Origin: Halothiobacillus sp. 15-55-196
Lineage (GTDB): Bacteria > Pseudomonadota > Gammaproteobacteria > Halothiobacillales > Halothiobacillaceae
Direction of reading: 5' to 3'
Assembly (NCBI RefSeq): GCF_002282715.1
Contig: NZ_NCKC01000008.1
Location: 15,992-79,991, forward strand
Length of the DNA stretch: 64,000 bases
How positions within the stretch are numbered: the first letter of the stretch is position 1; every line of letters begins with the position of its first letter. Under the pieces are notes generated by a model, which was given only the letters and a program-made list of their open reading frames with translations, did no database searches and had not been told where the DNA came from. Below are positions 1 to 9,865 of the stretch, in pieces. The position numbers and the translations under genes were made by a program.

Positions 1-281
1 GTTGCCATCAGTTGTTGACCGATAACATCGACATTCTGCACGCCATGGCCGATGCCCTGATGAAGTACGAAACAATCGATGTGGCCCAGATTGATGACTT
101 GATGGCCCGCCGACCGGTTCGTGAACCTGCCGGTTGGGGTACCGGCTCTGATACGGGCAGCAAGACGCCACCGGCAAGCGGAGAAACTGTGTCTGAGGCC
201 AAGCCTGAAGAACCCACTCCCCCGGCGGATAAACCTGCACCCCCGGCGGATGCTGTTGGTGGCCCGGCAAACCAGCACTGA
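1..281 (+). CDS. ftsH: ATP-dependent zinc metalloprotease FtsH, C-terminal fragment (5' end lies outside the window)
   Basis: The frame is open from the window edge. The translation ...[32 protein letters not shown]... is the conserved FtsH C-terminal helix region, followed by a Pro/Ala-rich tail. folP follows, as in the usual ftsH-folP-glmM cluster. Confidence 0.85.
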   Translation, partial: CHQLLTDNIDILHAMADALMKYETIDVAQIDDLMARRPVREPAGWGTGSDTGSKTPPASGETVSEAKPEEPTPPADKPAPPADAVGGPANQH

Positions 282-288
282 TTTGCCC

Positions 289-1146
289 ATGCAGGATTCG
301 TTCATGTCGCGGCTTCATTCGAAGTCGCCACGCATCATGGCGATTTTGAATATCACTCCTGACTCCTTTTCGGACGGGGGTGTTTTTTTTCGGCACGAGA
401 AAATCGATATCGACAAGGTGATTGACGCTGTAGCGACCCTACAGTCGGAGGGTGCCGATATCATCGATGTGGGTGGCGAGTCGACACGCCCCGGTGCCGA
501 AGTGGTCGGCGTCGAGCAAGAGCTTGATCGTGTCGTGCCGGTGATCGAGGCGATCAGGGCGCGTTTCGATCTGCCTGTTTCCATCGATACCAGTCAGCCA
601 AAGGTGATGCTCGCTGCGACACAAGCGGGTGCATCCATTATCAACGACGTGCGGGCTTTGGTCCGTCCGGGAGCGCTGGAAGCGGCCCGGCAAGCCGTGC
701 AGGCTTCGGGTGCCATGGTGTGTTTGATGCACATGCGGGGCGAACCCTCGACGATGAACAGCCTGTGTCAGTACGAAAACCTGGTGCCTGACGTGTTGGC
801 GGAATTGGACGAACGGGCGAATGCGGCAGCAGAGGCGGGTATCCCCCGATCCCATCTGATGCTCGACCCCGGCTTCGGTTTTGCGAAAACTACCGAGCAG
901 AACTTTGAACTCCTTGCTCGGTTAAACGAATTCCGGTCCAGGGGCTTGCCCATCCTTGTCGGGCTCTCGCGAAAGAGAATGATCGGTGAGGTGACGGGGC
1001 GGACTGTTTCCGATAGGGTGATTGGAAGCGTCGTGCTTGCTGTGATGGCGATGGAGCGCGGGGCGGACATCGTTCGGGTCCACGATGTAGCCGCCACGAG
1101 AGACGGACTCCGGCTGTATCTGGCGACCAGTCTGCATCAATTTTGA
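289..1146 (+). CDS. folP: dihydropteroate synthase
   Basis: The ORF-track frame is 121..1146; the first ATG after the ftsH stop is at 289. Motifs ILNITPDSFSDGG, DIIDVGGESTRPG and GLSRKRMIG are typical of the pterin-binding DHPS fold. An alternative start exists at 304. Confidence 0.92.
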   Translation: MQDSFMSRLHSKSPRIMAILNITPDSFSDGGVFFRHEKIDIDKVIDAVATLQSEGADIIDVGGESTRPGAEVVGVEQELDRVVPVIEAIRARFDLPVSIDTSQPKVMLAATQAGASIINDVRALVRPGALEAARQAVQASGAMVCLMHMRGEPSTMNSLCQYENLVPDVLAELDERANAAAEAGIPRSHLMLDPGFGFAKTTEQNFELLARLNEFRSRGLPILVGLSRKRMIGEVTGRTVSDRVIGSVVLAVMAMERGADIVRVHDVAATRDGLRLYLATSLHQF

Positions 1147-1314
1147 TTTCAGTGTTGTTAGTATATATTTATTTATTTATTGGTGCATAAGACGCATCCG
1201 GTTGTTCCCTATTAGTGTTCTCTGATATTTTACGCAGTCGGGGGTATTTGATCGATGTGTGCCTGTTAGAGTGCATTGCGTTCAAATTGTCATGATAAAA
1301 ACGAGAGAGTAACT

Positions 1315-2031
1315 ATGAAAATGATGCGTCGTTCGCTACTGGCTGTCATGTTGGGCGGTTTGATGATTCAGCCCGTGGTTTCAATGGCCGCAGGTGATGC
1401 TGCTGCGGGTAAAACAAAATTTGCAACGTGTGCGGCCTGCCACGGCGCGGATGGAAAAGGTAACGGGGGGGCTTTCCCGGCGTTGACCCATTTGAATGCG
1501 GCGGACGCAGAAACCATTCTGACTGCGTTCAAAAAGGGTGATATGGCTACTCTGAAGGCGCATAATCTTGGTGGCGCACGCTATGGCACCATGGCACCTC
1601 AGGCAGCCAACCTTTCTGAAGCCGATATTGCCGACCTCGCCGCCTACATCGCCACCCTCGGTGGGGGTGCTCAAGCTGCCGCTGCCCCTGCTGCTGCGGC
1701 ACCGGCTGCTGCCGCGCCTGCGGCGAACATGATCAAGGCAGATGCCAACATCGGCTTTGGTCATGCGCTGTTCTCAAGCTGTGCCGTATGTCACGGTGCA
1801 CAAGGCGAGGGTGGAAAACTCCTGAACGCGCCGAAGCTTTCTGGCCTGCCGGTTTCGGCAACCACTTCCATGCTGGAAATGTACAAGTCTGGCAAGCAGC
1901 TTGGCCCTTACTCTTACGTCATGAACGCACAGGCGAAATACCTGACACCTGAAGAGATCCGTGACTTGGCTGCTTACATTTCGCAAATGAATGTGAAAGG
2001 CGCTGACAACAACATGGCTCAGACCGAGTAA
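1315..2031 (+). CDS. periplasmic dihaem c-type cytochrome (c4-like), two domains joined by an Ala/Pro linker
   Basis: ATG 1315 is preceded by GAGAGAG. The signal peptide reads MKMMRRSLLAVMLGGLMIQPVVSMA. There are two CxxCH motifs (CAACH, CAVCH), each in its own roughly 90-aa domain with a downstream Met. The gene has its own AT-rich upstream region and its own terminator. Confidence 0.85.
   Translation: MKMMRRSLLAVMLGGLMIQPVVSMAAGDAAAGKTKFATCAACHGADGKGNGGAFPALTHLNAADAETILTAFKKGDMATLKAHNLGGARYGTMAPQAANLSEADIADLAAYIATLGGGAQAAAAPAAAAPAAAAPAANMIKADANIGFGHALFSSCAVCHGAQGEGGKLLNAPKLSGLPVSATTSMLEMYKSGKQLGPYSYVMNAQAKYLTPEEIRDLAAYISQMNVKGADNNMAQTE
1675..1719 (+). repeat. in-frame (Ala-Ala-Ala-Ala-Pro)x3 tandem pentapeptide linker inside the cytochrome gene
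   Basis: The codons read gct gcc gct gcc cct / gct gct gcg gca ccg / gct gct gcc gcg cct. The peptide repeat is exact, but synonymous codons differ between units. Confidence 0.9.
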
Positions 2032-2073
2032 TTGTGTTGGTCGCCACCTCCTCAGGGTGGTGTTGTCTATATG

Positions 2074-2103
2074 AACCGCCTTTTGTTGAGGCGGTTTTTT
2101 GTT
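2074..2103 (+). terminator. rho-independent terminator of the cytochrome c gene
   Basis: Stem AACCGCC / GGCGGTT with loop TTTTGTTGA, followed by a T-run (ggcggttttttgttt). Confidence 0.8.
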
Positions 2104-2195
2104 TGGGCGATTTCTTTGGCTGAGTGCTATTGAGTGGCAGCGGGTGTGTTATCGGTTAGGATGCGGGCGGATGTAGCAGGTTAAGGTGAATGGAT

Positions 2196-3536
2196 ATGAA
2201 GGTATTTGGGACCGATGGCGTTCGCGGTGCGGTGGGACAATGGCCGATGACGCCGGAGTTCGTGCTGAAACTTGGTTGGGCCGCCGGCATGGTTCTGGGT
2301 CAGGAAGGGCGCCGTCGGGTGTTGATTGGAAAAGATACGCGTATTTCCGGCTACATGTTCGAGTCGGCTCTGGAGGCAGGTTTTTCTGCTGCGGGTGTAG
2401 ATGTGCGCTTGCTGGGGCCAATGCCCACACCGGCCATCGCCTACCTGACGCGCACATTGCGTGGATCCGCCGGCGTGGTGATCAGCGCTTCTCACAATCC
2501 TTTCCAGGATAACGGCGTCAAATTCTTCTCCTCCCAAGGAGAAAAACTGCCGGATGTGATCGAGGCTGAAATCGAGCGCATGCTGGACGAACCCATGACC
2601 GTGGCCCGTTCGGATATGCTGGGCAAGGCTCAGCGTATCGACGATGCGCCGGGTCGCTATATCGAGTTCTGCAAGAGCTCGATTGAGACGGGGCTGTCAT
2701 TGTCCAATCTGCGGATCGTAGTCGATTGCGCCAACGGAGCCGGGTACCAGGTCGCACCGCGCGTATTCACAGAGCTGGGTGCCGAAGTGATTAGCATCGG
2801 TTCTGAACCCGATGGGTTAAATATCAATGCGGGCGTGGGCTCGACCGATCCTGCTGCACTCCAGCGAGCAGTGTCCGAGTTCCGGGCGGATCTGGGCGTG
2901 GCGCTGGATGGTGATGGTGACCGCGTGTTGCTCGTCGATGCCGAGGGGCAGGTGCTGGATGGCGATCAGTTGCTCTACATCATCGCGGCGGACCGCGTTC
3001 GTCGCTCAGGTTATAGCGGCGGGGTGGTCGGAACGCTGATGAGTAATCTCGGTCTCGAACTGGCAATCAAGGAACTCGGGTTGCCGTTTGTTCGGGCCAA
3101 CGTCGGGGATCGATATGTCCACGAGACCCTGAAGCGGAATGACTGGCTGTTGGGTGGCGAGTCTTCCGGGCATATTTTGTGTCTGGATCGGCATACCACG
3201 GGTGATGGTATTGTGGCGGGACTACAGGTTTTATCTGCCATGAAGGCAAGGGGGCAAAGTTTGCGTGCGCTTGCAGAAAACATGGCGGTTTTCCCTCAAA
3301 CCTTGATAAATGTTCGTACGGAACAGAAGTGTGATTTGAGCCAGCCGCGCATCCTCTCCGCGGTGCAGGCCGTCGAAAAAGTTCTGGGGGATGATGGGCG
3401 TGTTCTGCTTCGTGCATCGGGTACTGAACCGCTGATTCGTGTCATGGTTGAAGGCAAGCGAGCTGATTTGGTTGAGAAACAGGCGAAAAAGCTGGCGCAG
3501 GAAGTAAAGGAGATCGCCTTGTCTCCGGTGGCCTGA
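2196..3536 (+). CDS. glmM: phosphoglucosamine mutase
   Basis: [12 protein letters not shown]-terminus, phosphoserine loop SASHNP, and DGDGDR metal loop. ATG 2196 lies 7 nt after AGGTGA; an in-frame ATG at 2190 is too close to that Shine-Dalgarno sequence. Confidence 0.95.
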   Translation: MKVFGTDGVRGAVGQWPMTPEFVLKLGWAAGMVLGQEGRRRVLIGKDTRISGYMFESALEAGFSAAGVDVRLLGPMPTPAIAYLTRTLRGSAGVVISASHNPFQDNGVKFFSSQGEKLPDVIEAEIERMLDEPMTVARSDMLGKAQRIDDAPGRYIEFCKSSIETGLSLSNLRIVVDCANGAGYQVAPRVFTELGAEVISIGSEPDGLNINAGVGSTDPAALQRAVSEFRADLGVALDGDGDRVLLVDAEGQVLDGDQLLYIIAADRVRRSGYSGGVVGTLMSNLGLELAIKELGLPFVRANVGDRYVHETLKRNDWLLGGESSGHILCLDRHTTGDGIVAGLQVLSAMKARGQSLRALAENMAVFPQTLINVRTEQKCDLSQPRILSAVQAVEKVLGDDGRVLLRASGTEPLIRVMVEGKRADLVEKQAKKLAQEVKEIALSPVA

Positions 3537-3665
3537 TGGCATGAAGCATGTATGAATGATTGATTTAACTCGCGCGTACAAGTAACCTTATCGGCCTTTT
3601 TGATAACAGATCGGGGGGCGCTGGTGCGTTCCAGAAAAAACAGAACCAAGGGGAAATAGGGCGGC

Positions 3666-4436
3666 ATGCGTAAGCCAATCGTACTCGGAAACTGGAAGCT
3701 TAACGGCTCAACGGCCTCGTCTGAGGCGCTTGTGGCCGGCATTCTTGCCGGGGTGACAGGATTGGATGCGATCGATGTAGGGGTTTGCCCCTCATTCGTT
3801 CTTATTCCACAAACGGTGCGTCAAGTGGCGCATACGGATTTGAAAGTGGGTGCTCAGGATTGCTCAGAGTATGTCGAAGGTGCCTACACGGCCGAGGTTT
3901 CGGCTGCTATGCTGCGCGATGTCGGTTGTCAGTATGTGCTGATCGGTCACTCCGAGCGTCGCGCCCTTTTTGGTGAGCGCGACGAGGGGATTGCCCGTAA
4001 GGTCGGGCGCGCCCTGGCAGCCGGACTTATGCCGGTTCTGTGCGTGGGTGAGACTTTGGAAGAGCGCCAGGCTGGGCACATGAACGAAGTCGTGTGTGCT
4101 CAGGTTCAGGCGGTCATCGACGAGGTCGGTGTCGCAGCGTTTGATCGGATCGTCATCGCGTATGAGCCTGTCTGGGCCATCGGGACCGGTTTGACCGCTT
4201 CGCCTGATCAGGCGCAGGCAATGCACGCTACGATTCGTGGTCTGATTGCCGGGCTGAGCGAACCGGTCGCGCGTACCCTGCGCATTCAATACGGTGGGTC
4301 GGTCAAGCCGGATAACGCGGCCGAACTGTTCTCCCAGCCTGATATTGATGGCGGCTTGATTGGCGGCGCATCTCTGAAGGCAGAAGATTTTCTGATTATT
4401 TGTCGTGCTGCGGCCGACTCGCTTGGAACCGTGTGA
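3666..4436 (+). CDS. tpiA: triosephosphate isomerase
   Basis: Motifs NWKLNG, IGHSERR, AYEPVWAIGTG and GGASLK. Confidence 0.95.
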   Translation: MRKPIVLGNWKLNGSTASSEALVAGILAGVTGLDAIDVGVCPSFVLIPQTVRQVAHTDLKVGAQDCSEYVEGAYTAEVSAAMLRDVGCQYVLIGHSERRALFGERDEGIARKVGRALAAGLMPVLCVGETLEERQAGHMNEVVCAQVQAVIDEVGVAAFDRIVIAYEPVWAIGTGLTASPDQAQAMHATIRGLIAGLSEPVARTLRIQYGGSVKPDNAAELFSQPDIDGGLIGGASLKAEDFLIICRAAADSLGTV

Positions 4437-4906
4437 TGCAAACATTGATTTTGATTGGGCATGTGCTGATTGGTTTGATCTTGATTGGTCTGGTGCTGAT
4501 TCAGCATGGTAAGGGCGCCGATGCCGGGGCTGCGTTTGGCTCGGGTTCGTCTGGCACCGTATTTGGTGCGCGAGGTGCGGCGACCTTTCTGCAAAAAATA
4601 ACGGGCTGGCTCGTGGTTGTTTTTTTTGCGACCAGCTTGCTGCTTGCTTACGTCATTAATACTTCACATAGTCCTTCCAGCGTGGTAAATTCTGTGCCCG
4701 TTTCAAAGACGAACTCTAATAAGAATGATGGGATGGGCGCAGCGTCAAATCCACAGAATTCAGTACCTTCACCTTCTGAGTCAGTGACCCCTGCACCAGC
4801 GAGTCAAGGTAAACCTTCAGATGTGCCATCCACATCAGTGGGTAGTGAGCAGGTCGCACCGGCATCGAATGGGTTAACCCAGCCAGCCGATGTGCCAAGT
4901 AAATGA
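4436..4906 (+). CDS. secG: preprotein translocase subunit SecG with a long Ser/Pro/Asn-rich C-terminal tail
   Basis: ATG 4436 overlaps the tpiA stop (TGATG). The N-terminus has two TM helices and the GKGADAGAAFGSGSSGTVFG glycine-rich loop typical of SecG. The tpiA-secG-tRNA-Leu order is conserved. Confidence 0.9.
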   Translation: MQTLILIGHVLIGLILIGLVLIQHGKGADAGAAFGSGSSGTVFGARGAATFLQKITGWLVVVFFATSLLLAYVINTSHSPSSVVNSVPVSKTNSNKNDGMGAASNPQNSVPSPSESVTPAPASQGKPSDVPSTSVGSEQVAPASNGLTQPADVPSK

Positions 4907-4986
4907 CCTGTTAAAAGACTTGGCTTGTACTGATTAGAAAGCCTGTTGCGCCGGTGTGATCGCTGGTGAAATCAGGCGCAGATTTC

Positions 4987-5071
4987 GCGGACGTGGTGGA
5001 ATTGGTAGACACGCTATCTTGAGGGGGTAGTGGCGAAAGCTGTGTGGGTTCGAGTCCCACCGTCCGCACCA
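4987..5071 (+). tRNA. tRNA-Leu (anticodon GAG), long variable arm, encoded CCA
   Basis: A 7-bp acceptor stem (GCGGACG/CGTCCGC), then discriminator A plus CCA. The anticodon stem is CTATC/GGTAG with loop TTGAGGG, giving anticodon GAG. The T-arm reads GGTTCGAGTCC. It sits just after secG, like leuU in E. coli. Confidence 0.93.
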
Positions 5072-5200
5072 ATTTATGTACTAAAGTAATAATAACAACA
5101 ATAACGATGGCCAGTCCGCAGGAGATGCTTGTGTGCTGGGTTTTAGTTTGCGCGCGAAAATCAAGCGAACGTTTGTTCACGCTGACCGAGAGGGTGCCCC

Positions 5201-5557
5201 GTGCTAGAAGGTTATCTTCCCATCCTGATTTTCTTCGGCGTTGCCGTATTGTTTTCATTGGGTCTGCTGTTCGGCGGTAAGCTTCTGGCTCCCTTCCGCC
5301 CTGATTCGTCAAAGAACGCTCCCTATGAATGCGGTTTCGCTGCATTTGAAGATGCCCGAATGAAATTTGATGTGCGTTACTACTTAGTCGCCATACTTTT
5401 CATTATTTTCGACTTGGAAATCGCCTTTTTGTTCCCTTGGGCCGTGGCCCTGGATCAGATCGGCCATTTCGGTTTGATTGCCATGGCCATCTTCTTGGGG
5501 GTTCTGGTCGTCGGGTTCGTGTACGAGTGGAAGAAGGGGGCGCTGGAATGGGAATAG
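5201..5557 (+). CDS. nuoA: NADH-quinone oxidoreductase subunit A
   Basis: GTG start. Three TM segments; the motifs YECGF and [12 protein letters not shown] are typical of NuoA/ND3. Confidence 0.93.
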   Translation: MLEGYLPILIFFGVAVLFSLGLLFGGKLLAPFRPDSSKNAPYECGFAAFEDARMKFDVRYYLVAILFIIFDLEIAFLFPWAVALDQIGHFGLIAMAIFLGVLVVGFVYEWKKGALEWE

Positions 5558-6027
5558 AAGGCGTTCTCGAAAAAGGCTTCGTCACCACCTCTGCAGACAA
5601 GCTGATTAACTGGGCGCGCACCGGCTCGCTTTGGCCCATGACGTTTGGTCTGGCCTGCTGTGCGGTCGAAATGATGCATGCGGGTGCTGCGCGTTACGAT
5701 CTGGACCGGTTCGGTGTTGTTTTTCGTCCCAGTCCGCGTCAGTCGGATGTCATGATCGTGGCAGGCACACTGGTGAATAAAATGGCCCCGGCCTTGCGCA
5801 AGGTATACGATCAGATGGCCGAGCCACGTTGGGTTATCTCGATGGGTTCCTGTGCCAATGGCGGCGGTTACTACCATTATTCCTACGCCGTTGTGCGCGG
5901 TTGCGACCGGATTGTGCCAGTTGATATTTACGTTCCGGGCTGTCCGCCAACGGCCGAGGCCTTGCTGTACGGAATCATTCAGCTTCAGAACAAGATTCGC
6001 CGTACCAATACAATCGCACGGAGCTGA
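5548..6027 (+). CDS. nuoB: NADH-quinone oxidoreductase subunit B
   Basis: ATG 5548 overlaps the nuoA end. N2-cluster cysteines are present in [18 protein letters not shown] and VPGCPP. Confidence 0.95.
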   Translation: MGIEGVLEKGFVTTSADKLINWARTGSLWPMTFGLACCAVEMMHAGAARYDLDRFGVVFRPSPRQSDVMIVAGTLVNKMAPALRKVYDQMAEPRWVISMGSCANGGGYYHYSYAVVRGCDRIVPVDIYVPGCPPTAEALLYGIIQLQNKIRRTNTIARS

Positions 6028-6064
6028 TTGTGTTGGCGCAAAACAATAGGCAAAGTAGATCATT

Positions 6065-6799
6065 ATGACTGTGCAGCAAAGGCTTAATCCGGCCCTGAAA
6101 CCAGCCCTGGAATCTGTGCTTGGCGATCTGTTGATCAATCTGACCGTTGCGTTGGATGAAATTACTATTGAGGTCGCGGCGGTACATTGGCAAGAGGTGG
6201 CAAAGCGGTTGGCCTCTGCGCCTCAAACCTACTTTGATCAATGTGTCGACCTGTGTGGGATTGACTATCTGGAATTTGGCCGACAAGAATGGGCAGGCGA
6301 AGAAAGTGTGTCCTACGCGGGTTACAGTCGTGGCGTTGAACCGGCCAGTAATGCCCGCCTGAAATTCGGGGATGAGTTGCCGTCTGGCAATCAGGATCGC
6401 CCTCGCTTCGCCGTCGTGGCTCATTTGCTTTCGTACAAGCACAACTGGCGTGTCCGTGTGCGGATTCCCTGCGCTGATGCTGAATTACCCACGGTTCCTT
6501 CGGTCGTGGCCGTCTGGCCTGTCGTCAATTGGTTCGAACGCGAAGCATTCGATCTCTTCGGTATTCTGTTCGATGACCATCCCGACATGCGCCGGATCCT
6601 CACGGATTACGGCTTCGTTGGTCATCCGATGCGCAAGGATTTCCCATTGATCGGTAACGTCGAAGTTCGGTTCGACCCGGATAAGAATCGGGTGGTCTAC
6701 GAGCCTGTTTCCATTGAACCACGCGTGCTGGTGCCCAAGGTGCACCGCCACGATAGCCGTTACGTCGTGCCCGAAGAGCCCGCGCGGGGAGGACGCTGA
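6065..6799 (+). CDS. nuoC: NADH-quinone oxidoreductase subunit C (carries an internal insertion relative to short NuoC proteins)
   Basis: Motifs [39 protein letters not shown]. About 45 residues lie between GIDY and RFAVV, where short NuoC proteins have about 11. Confidence 0.93.
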   Translation: MTVQQRLNPALKPALESVLGDLLINLTVALDEITIEVAAVHWQEVAKRLASAPQTYFDQCVDLCGIDYLEFGRQEWAGEESVSYAGYSRGVEPASNARLKFGDELPSGNQDRPRFAVVAHLLSYKHNWRVRVRIPCADAELPTVPSVVAVWPVVNWFEREAFDLFGILFDDHPDMRRILTDYGFVGHPMRKDFPLIGNVEVRFDPDKNRVVYEPVSIEPRVLVPKVHRHDSRYVVPEEPARGGR

Positions 6800-6801
6800 T
6801 C

Positions 6802-8055
6802 ATGCCGGAAATTGCCAATTACACGTTGAACTTCGGTCCACAGCATCCATCTGCCCACGGCGTATTGCGTCTTGTGCTGGAGATGGATGGCGAGACCATT
6901 ATTCGCGCCGATCCGCACATCGGTCTGCTTCATCGTGGCACCGAAAAACTGGCCGAAAGCAAACCTTATAACCAGTCTATCGGTTATATGGATCGGCTGG
7001 ATTACGTTTCCATGATGTGCAACGAGCATGCCTATGTTCGTGCCATCGAGCAACTGGTCAATCTGGAGATTCCCGAACGGGCGCAGTATATCCGCGTCAT
7101 GTTCGACGAGATCACCCGCATTCTGAATCACCTGCTCTGGCTCGGGGCGCACGCACTGGATATCGGTGCGATGACGGTATTCCTGTATGCCTTCCGCGAA
7201 CGGGAAGATCTGATGGATTGCTACGAAGCAGTCTCCGGTGCGCGCTTGCACGCCACTTATTATCGTCCGGGCGGCGTGGCGCGGGATTTGCCCGATTCGA
7301 TGCCGCAGTATGAGAAATCACAGTGGCATAGTGAGCGCGATGTCCGGCGGATGAACGAGTCCCGCCAGGGTTCCCTGCTGGATTTCCTCGAAGACTTCAC
7401 TCAGCGCTTCCCGGGCTATGTGGACGAGTACGAGACCCTGCTCACCGATAACCGAATCTGGAAACAGCGCACGGTGGATATCGGCATCGTTTCGCCGGAG
7501 CGGGCGATTGCGCTCGGCTTTACCGGCCCGATGCTGCGTGGTTCCGGTGTCGAGTGGGATCTGCGCAAGAAGCAGCCCTATGCCGTTTATGATCAACTGG
7601 ACTTTGACATTCCTGTGGGTGTGACCGGTGATTGTTACGATCGGTACCTCGTTCGTGTCGAGGAAATGCGGCAATCCAACCGGATCATCAAGCAATGTAT
7701 TGACTGGCTACGCAAGAATCCAGGTCCGGTCATGGTGGATAACCGCAAGATCGCGCCGCCTCGACGGGAAGAAGTCAAGGCGGACATGGAATCGCTGATT
7801 CACCATTTCAAATTGTTCACCGAGGGTTATTGCCTCCCCGAAGGCGAGACCTATGCCGCGGTTGAGCATCCGAAGGGTGAGTTCGGGATTTACCTCGTTT
7901 CCGATGGAGCCAACAAGCCATACCGCTTGAAAATCCGCGCGCCGGGCTTTGCGCATCTGTCCGCTCTCGATGAGATGTCGCGCGGGCATATGCTGGCCGA
8001 TGTCGTGGCGATTATCGGTACGCAAGATATTGTTTTTGGTGAGGTGGACCGTTAA
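6802..8055 (+). CDS. nuoD: NADH-quinone oxidoreductase subunit D
   Basis: [16 protein letters not shown], and the C-terminus ends DIVFGEVDR. Confidence 0.96.
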   Translation: MPEIANYTLNFGPQHPSAHGVLRLVLEMDGETIIRADPHIGLLHRGTEKLAESKPYNQSIGYMDRLDYVSMMCNEHAYVRAIEQLVNLEIPERAQYIRVMFDEITRILNHLLWLGAHALDIGAMTVFLYAFREREDLMDCYEAVSGARLHATYYRPGGVARDLPDSMPQYEKSQWHSERDVRRMNESRQGSLLDFLEDFTQRFPGYVDEYETLLTDNRIWKQRTVDIGIVSPERAIALGFTGPMLRGSGVEWDLRKKQPYAVYDQLDFDIPVGVTGDCYDRYLVRVEEMRQSNRIIKQCIDWLRKNPGPVMVDNRKIAPPRREEVKADMESLIHHFKLFTEGYCLPEGETYAAVEHPKGEFGIYLVSDGANKPYRLKIRAPGFAHLSALDEMSRGHMLADVVAIIGTQDIVFGEVDR

Positions 8056-8552
8056 TGAAAGACAGTAAGACCCATTTGCTGAGCGATCACACACGCCATG
8101 AAATTGATCATTGGCTCAGTAAATATCCGCCCGAGCAGAAGCAATCTGCCGTGCTTGCCGCGCTTCGCGAAACACAACACCAGAATGAAGGCTATCTGAC
8201 GACGGACCTGATGGATGCGGTCGCCGAATACCTCGAACTGCCGCCCATTTCGGTTTATGAAGTGGCGACCTTCTATTCCATGCTGGAAACAAAACCCTGC
8301 GGCCGGCATCACGTATCCATCTGCACCAATATCTCATGCGCCTTGATGGGCTCGGACGATATTGTGGCGCATTGCGAGAAGAAGCTGGGTATCAAACTCG
8401 GTGAATCGACTCCTGATGGCCGAATCTACCTCAAAGTAGAAGAAGAATGCCTCGCGGCCTGCGACGGTGGCCCGATGATGCAGGTCGATCATGTCTATTA
8501 CGAACGGCTGACGCCCGAGAAGGTGGACGCCATTCTCGATAAACTGGAGTGA
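8055..8552 (+). CDS. nuoE: NADH-quinone oxidoreductase subunit E
   Basis: The start overlaps the nuoD stop (TAATG). The 2Fe-2S cysteines lie in [11 protein letters not shown] ... [11 protein letters not shown]. Confidence 0.94.
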   Translation: MKDSKTHLLSDHTRHEIDHWLSKYPPEQKQSAVLAALRETQHQNEGYLTTDLMDAVAEYLELPPISVYEVATFYSMLETKPCGRHHVSICTNISCALMGSDDIVAHCEKKLGIKLGESTPDGRIYLKVEEECLAACDGGPMMQVDHVYYERLTPEKVDAILDKLE

Positions 8553-8556
8553 CGCG

Positions 8557-9846
8557 ATGACGGAACAAGTCTGTTTTGCGACGATGCAGTTTGATGAGCC
8601 CTGGACGCTTGAGAGCTATCTCAAGATTGGCGGGTATTCGGCTTGGCGGAAAATCCTTGCCGAAAAAACCGATCCGGCACTGATTATCGAAGAGCTGAAA
8701 ACCTCAAACCTGCGCGGCAGGGGCGGTGCTGGTTTCCCGACCGGTCTAAAATGGTCGTTCATGCCGCGTAATGCGCCGGGGCAGAAATACATCGTGTGCA
8801 ATTCGGACGAATCCGAGCCGGGTACCGCGAAAGATCGTCAGATTCTACTCAACAATCCCCATGCTCTCGTGGAGGGGATGGCGATCGCGGGTTACACCAT
8901 TGGCGCCACGGTGGGTTACAACTACATGCGCGGCGAGTTCACCGATCTCGTGTTCCGTCGTTTTGAAACCGCGGTCAAGGAAGCCTACGCGTTGGGCTTG
9001 CTGGGCAAGAATCTGCAAGGCTCCGGCATTGATTTCGATCTGTACGGTTCGTTGGGCGCCGGTGCCTACATCTGCGGCGAAGAGACCGCCTTACTCGAAT
9101 CTCTGGAAGGCAAGAAAGGTCAACCTCGATTCAAGCCCCCGTTCCCTGCCAACTTTGGTTTGTATGGTCGCCCGACCACGGTGAATAACACCGAGACATT
9201 GTCGTCGGTTCCCGCCATCATGCGTAACGGCGGCAAGTGGTTTGCTGATCTGGGCGTGCCGAACAGCGGGGGGGTGAAGCTCTTCTCCGTTTCCGGTCAT
9301 GTGAACAAGCCCGGTGTGTTCGAGGTTCCGATGGGGCTGCCATTCGGTGAACTGCTGGCCATGGCCGGTGGCGTACGCGAAGGCCGCAAGCTCAAGGCGG
9401 TGATCCCGGGCGGCACCTCCACGCCCGTGGTGCCGGGTTCCGTGATGATGCAGACCACCATGGATTATGACGCCATCGCCAAATCAGGCACGTTTCTCGG
9501 TTCGGGCGGCCTGATCGTGATCGACGATTCGGCGTGCATGGTCGAAGCCTTGCGTCGTATCTCGCGTTTTTACTATTCGGAGTCCTGCGGTCAATGCACA
9601 CCCTGCCGTGAGGGTACCGGTTGGCTTTACCGGATGCTCACCCGCATTGTTGAAGGTAAGGGGACTATGGCCGATTTGAACCGACTGGATGACGTGGCCA
9701 GCAAGATCGAAGGACGAACCATCTGCGCGCTGGGTGATGCGGCTGCCGTACCCGTGCGCAGTTTCCTCAAGCATTTCCGTCACGAATTTGAATATTACAT
9801 CGAGCATGGCCACAGCATGATTGCTGACGGTTTGGCGACGGTCTAA
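8557..9846 (+). CDS. nuoF: NADH-quinone oxidoreductase subunit F
   Basis: FMN/NADH motifs [13 protein letters not shown] and [10 protein letters not shown]; the N3 cluster motif is [12 protein letters not shown]. Confidence 0.96.
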   Translation: MTEQVCFATMQFDEPWTLESYLKIGGYSAWRKILAEKTDPALIIEELKTSNLRGRGGAGFPTGLKWSFMPRNAPGQKYIVCNSDESEPGTAKDRQILLNNPHALVEGMAIAGYTIGATVGYNYMRGEFTDLVFRRFETAVKEAYALGLLGKNLQGSGIDFDLYGSLGAGAYICGEETALLESLEGKKGQPRFKPPFPANFGLYGRPTTVNNTETLSSVPAIMRNGGKWFADLGVPNSGGVKLFSVSGHVNKPGVFEVPMGLPFGELLAMAGGVREGRKLKAVIPGGTSTPVVPGSVMMQTTMDYDAIAKSGTFLGSGGLIVIDDSACMVEALRRISRFYYSESCGQCTPCREGTGWLYRMLTRIVEGKGTMADLNRLDDVASKIEGRTICALGDAAAVPVRSFLKHFRHEFEYYIEHGHSMIADGLATV

Positions 9847-9865
9847 CAGATACAGGATTAAGTCT

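Noticed and set aside
121-288. Upstream extension of the folP ORF (ORF-track start 121), and the analogous extensions of secG (4400), nuoB (5437), serC (to 23831), tmk (52843), soxA (to 63716) and DUF3579 (57434)
   Set aside because: Each extension overlaps the preceding gene in another frame and adds non-homologous Arg-rich sequence. In every case an internal ATG gives the conserved N-terminus.
5072-5200. tRNA-Leu 3' flank as an integration site for a genomic island
   Set aside because: nuoA begins 130 bp after the tRNA. I saw no integrase gene and no repeat of the tRNA 3' end. The AT-rich stretch is more simply the nuo promoter region.
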